31,941 bases of DNA from an uncultured archaeon (lineage in GTDB: Archaea; Asgardarchaeota; Heimdallarchaeia; Heimdallarchaeales; Heimdallarchaeaceae), in NCBI GenBank assembly GCA_964534625.1, contig CAZHRF010000037.1, positions 1-31,941 on the forward strand, given 5' to 3'. The number at the start of each line of letters is the position of its first letter. Positions within the stretch are counted from its first letter, which is position 1. A program made the translations under genes and the position numbers. Positions 29,838-31,941 of this stretch are shown in pieces. The notes below the pieces were generated by a model. The model did not search any database and was not told where the DNA came from. It saw nothing but the letters and a program-made list of their open reading frames with translations.

Positions 29838-31052
29838 CTATAATTGAATTCCACCTGTTATGCCTCTAATTCTTTCCACTACCTTTGGTAAAGTTTCCAA
29901 GACATATTCTATTTGCTCTTCAGTATTTAGCCTGTTCACTTTCATTAATAAACTCCCATGGGCTTCTTCTGGCTTTCGTCCTATACTAGTAAGGATGTGA
30001 CTTGGCATTAAAACTCTACTTGTACACGCGCTCCCACTTGATGCATATATGCCTTTCATACTGCTCTCTACTGTCAATGCTTCACCCTCACAATTTAGAA
30101 AACTTAAATTGGCATTATCAACTACCCGCTTATTTCCTAGAGGTCCATTAACTAGTACTTTAGCGATGGATGTTTTTAATCCATAAAGTAGTTTATCTTT
30201 TAGTTTACGCGTATATTCGTTAATTTTTTCAAAATCTTCAAATTGTAGTTCAACAGCTTTTGCAAAGCCCATTAATAAAGGCAAATTTTCTATTCCTGGA
30301 GATAACGTCTCTACCGACAGTTGTCCTTCTATCAACAGTTTAACTTTCACACCATCTTTTACATATAATCCTGCTATTCCTTTTGGGCCAAGGATTTTAT
30401 CGCTTGGTATAGTAGCTAAATCAACATTCAGAGCAGACAGATCCATCTTTACTCTCCCAAAACCAGATGATGCATCAGTATGTACTATTATATTTTCATC
30501 ATAGCTCTTTACAGTATCTACAATTTCTTTAATTGGTTGTATTGTCCCTATTTCATGATTAACTGTCTGGCATGATACAAGTACCACTGTATCATCTAAC
30601 ATTGCATTTAACTGATCTACATCTATTGTTCCATCACTGCATACAGGAATTGTTTCAACATCATAATCATCATATAATCTTCTTGCAGAATGAATTACAC
30701 TGAGGTGTTCAACTTTTGACACAAGTATTTTATTTTTCTCTTCCTTTTTATTTTCTAATGCTACTCCTCTGATAGCCAAATTATTAGACTCTGTTATACC
30801 ATGAGTCAAATGTAGAGATTGTGGATCAATGTTTAGTGGTAAGGCTATTTTCCTTTTTGCTTTCATATATTCTTCATAAGCTTCCCACCCATATCGGTGT
30901 GTTATTGAAGGATTTCCATATCCTCGTGAAAGAAAATAAGGGCGCATTTCTTCAAACACTTGAATGTCTACAACGCTACCATTTTCCCAATCAAGATAAA
31001 CTTCGTCTTCTGACTGTCCATGTTCCTCTAATAATTCTTTAACACTATCCAT
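29838..31052 (-). CDS. iscS: IscS/NifS-like class V aminotransferase (cysteine desulfurase family, divergent active site)
   Basis: YGNPS, GITESNN, EHLSV, HTDA, KILGPKG, SSGSACTS, PSHIL. Directly upstream of iscU. Confidence 0.85.
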   Translation of the reverse strand: MDSVKELLEEHGQSEDEVYLDWENGSVVDIQVFEEMRPYFLSRGYGNPSITHRYGWEAYEEYMKAKRKIALPLNIDPQSLHLTHGITESNNLAIRGVALENKKEEKNKILVSKVEHLSVIHSARRLYDDYDVETIPVCSDGTIDVDQLNAMLDDTVVLVSCQTVNHEIGTIQPIKEIVDTVKSYDENIIVHTDASSGFGRVKMDLSALNVDLATIPSDKILGPKGIAGLYVKDGVKVKLLIEGQLSVETLSPGIENLPLLMGFAKAVELQFEDFEKINEYTRKLKDKLLYGLKTSIAKVLVNGPLGNKRVVDNANLSFLNCEGEALTVESSMKGIYASSGSACTSRVLMPSHILTSIGRKPEEAHGSLLMKVNRLNTEEQIEYVLETLPKVVERIRGITGGIQL

Positions 31053-31312
31053 TATTTATTCTCCAATAATCTTTGTATAAATGCATCAATATCAATAACT
31101 TCTTTTACAACGATTTTGCCATTTTTATAAAATGAAAGTTCTTTGCCCTCAAAAGAATATTTTTCTATATAGGTACCAATGGCATATAAATACTCACCAT
31201 TTTTATGTAGTAATTCCTTAACTTCATCAATGGTATCCCATTTAAGTTTGATAACATAACTGTTATCTTCCTTACAAGATTGAATTACTTCCTTTACTAA
31301 GGGATGAAGCAT
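31052..31312 (-). CDS. Hypothetical small protein coupled to iscS
   Basis: 86 aa ORF whose stop overlaps the iscS start by one base. Single Cys, C-terminal beta-meander plus helix (ELSFYKNGKIVVK). Confidence 0.7.
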   Translation of the reverse strand: MLHPLVKEVIQSCKEDNSYVIKLKWDTIDEVKELLHKNGEYLYAIGTYIEKYSFEGKELSFYKNGKIVVKEVIDIDAFIQRLLENK

Positions 31313-31374
31313 TTGATGTGTACTCCTTGGCTATTTTAAAAGCTTTAATCAAGTCTATTTAATCTTTCTTTATA

Positions 31375-31872
31375 TCAAGTTTTTATGATTTGTGTTAGCT
31401 GTAGTTCACAAGCATCACAAAATTTTGCAGGTTTTGCTAATGCCTCACTATAACTATTGGAGTATTGCATAATGCAATTATTATTACAATGACTAAGCCC
31501 TAGAAGATGACCAATTTCATGTAACGTTTCTTTATAAATCATAGCGTAAGAGTTGAGTCTATTAAAAGAAATTATACACCCAGCGTTCTTTATAGCTAAG
31601 CCAAATACAAAGTTGCGCGATGGTACATAAAGATCAAAATTGGTTATAAAAACGAATCTTTCTTTTTCTTTGCTGATATAATAATTAAGCAACTCTTGAC
31701 CATTTATTTGATCCCGTGAAAGATCAAATTCTTCTGGGTCTATATCAATTTTTTTTAAAGAAAGAGTGATTGGTACAGCTTCTTTTAGTTCTTCAAGTAA
31801 CAATTTAAGCTCTGATTTATCAACAGTCTGATCATGAATTACTTTGCATATCATCCATTTCATATTATTCAT
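31375..31872 (-). CDS. amzA: Archaemetzincin (peptidase M54)
   Basis: NFVFGLA, HEIGHLLGLSHC...CIMQYSNS...FCDAC. Confidence 0.9.
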   Translation of the reverse strand: MNNMKWMICKVIHDQTVDKSELKLLLEELKEAVPITLSLKKIDIDPEEFDLSRDQINGQELLNYYISKEKERFVFITNFDLYVPSRNFVFGLAIKNAGCIISFNRLNSYAMIYKETLHEIGHLLGLSHCNNNCIMQYSNSYSEALAKPAKFCDACELQLTQIIKT

Positions 31873-31900
31873 TGGAAATATATTTATTTTTATTTGAACG

Positions 31901-31941
31901 TCTTCTTGAAAACCCCGTCCTTGAGGGCGGGGATGAAAAGA
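31901..31941 (+). mobile_element. IS200/IS605-family subterminal hairpin (element or remnant probably continuing beyond the window)
   Basis: GC-rich imperfect palindrome CCCCGTCC-TTGA-GGGCGGGG (31913-31932) in AT-rich DNA, in the context GAAAA...ATGAA resembling IS605/IS1341 ends. No transposase in the window. Confidence 0.6.

Overview
AT-rich archaeal window with TATA/BRE promoters, archaemetzincin, an M42 peptidase, aspartate dehydrogenase NadX and an archaeal-type wHTH. The giant membrane-anchored surface proteins suggest an Asgard (Heimdallarchaeia-like) genome, but that is inference only. The left 13 kb holds two translationally coupled giant surface-protein genes on the minus strand. 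The first (6852-13013, 2053 aa) has a helical region, a hydrophobic beta region, about 26 DxDxDG Ca-binding repeats and a glycine-zipper anchor. The second (<1-6855, at least 2285 aa) is an FG-GAP/Asp-box beta-propeller protein that the ORF track misses because its stop lies outside the window. The rest holds a NAD-kinase-wHTH fusion with an altered catalytic motif, several hydrolases and a de novo NAD cluster (nadX, nadA, nadC). It also holds a Cache-HAMP histidine-kinase-like sensor with a degenerate ATP-binding domain coupled to nadX, a stand-alone receiver, an iscS-like/iscU pair with an eroded desulfurase site, and an IS200/IS605-type end hairpin at the right edge. The best candidates for undescribed systems are (1) the two-subunit Ca-dependent surface apparatus and (2) a NAD(P)-sensing transcription factor built from a NAD-kinase fold near the nad genes. 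All alignments were made by eye. No tRNA, rRNA or CRISPR array was seen.
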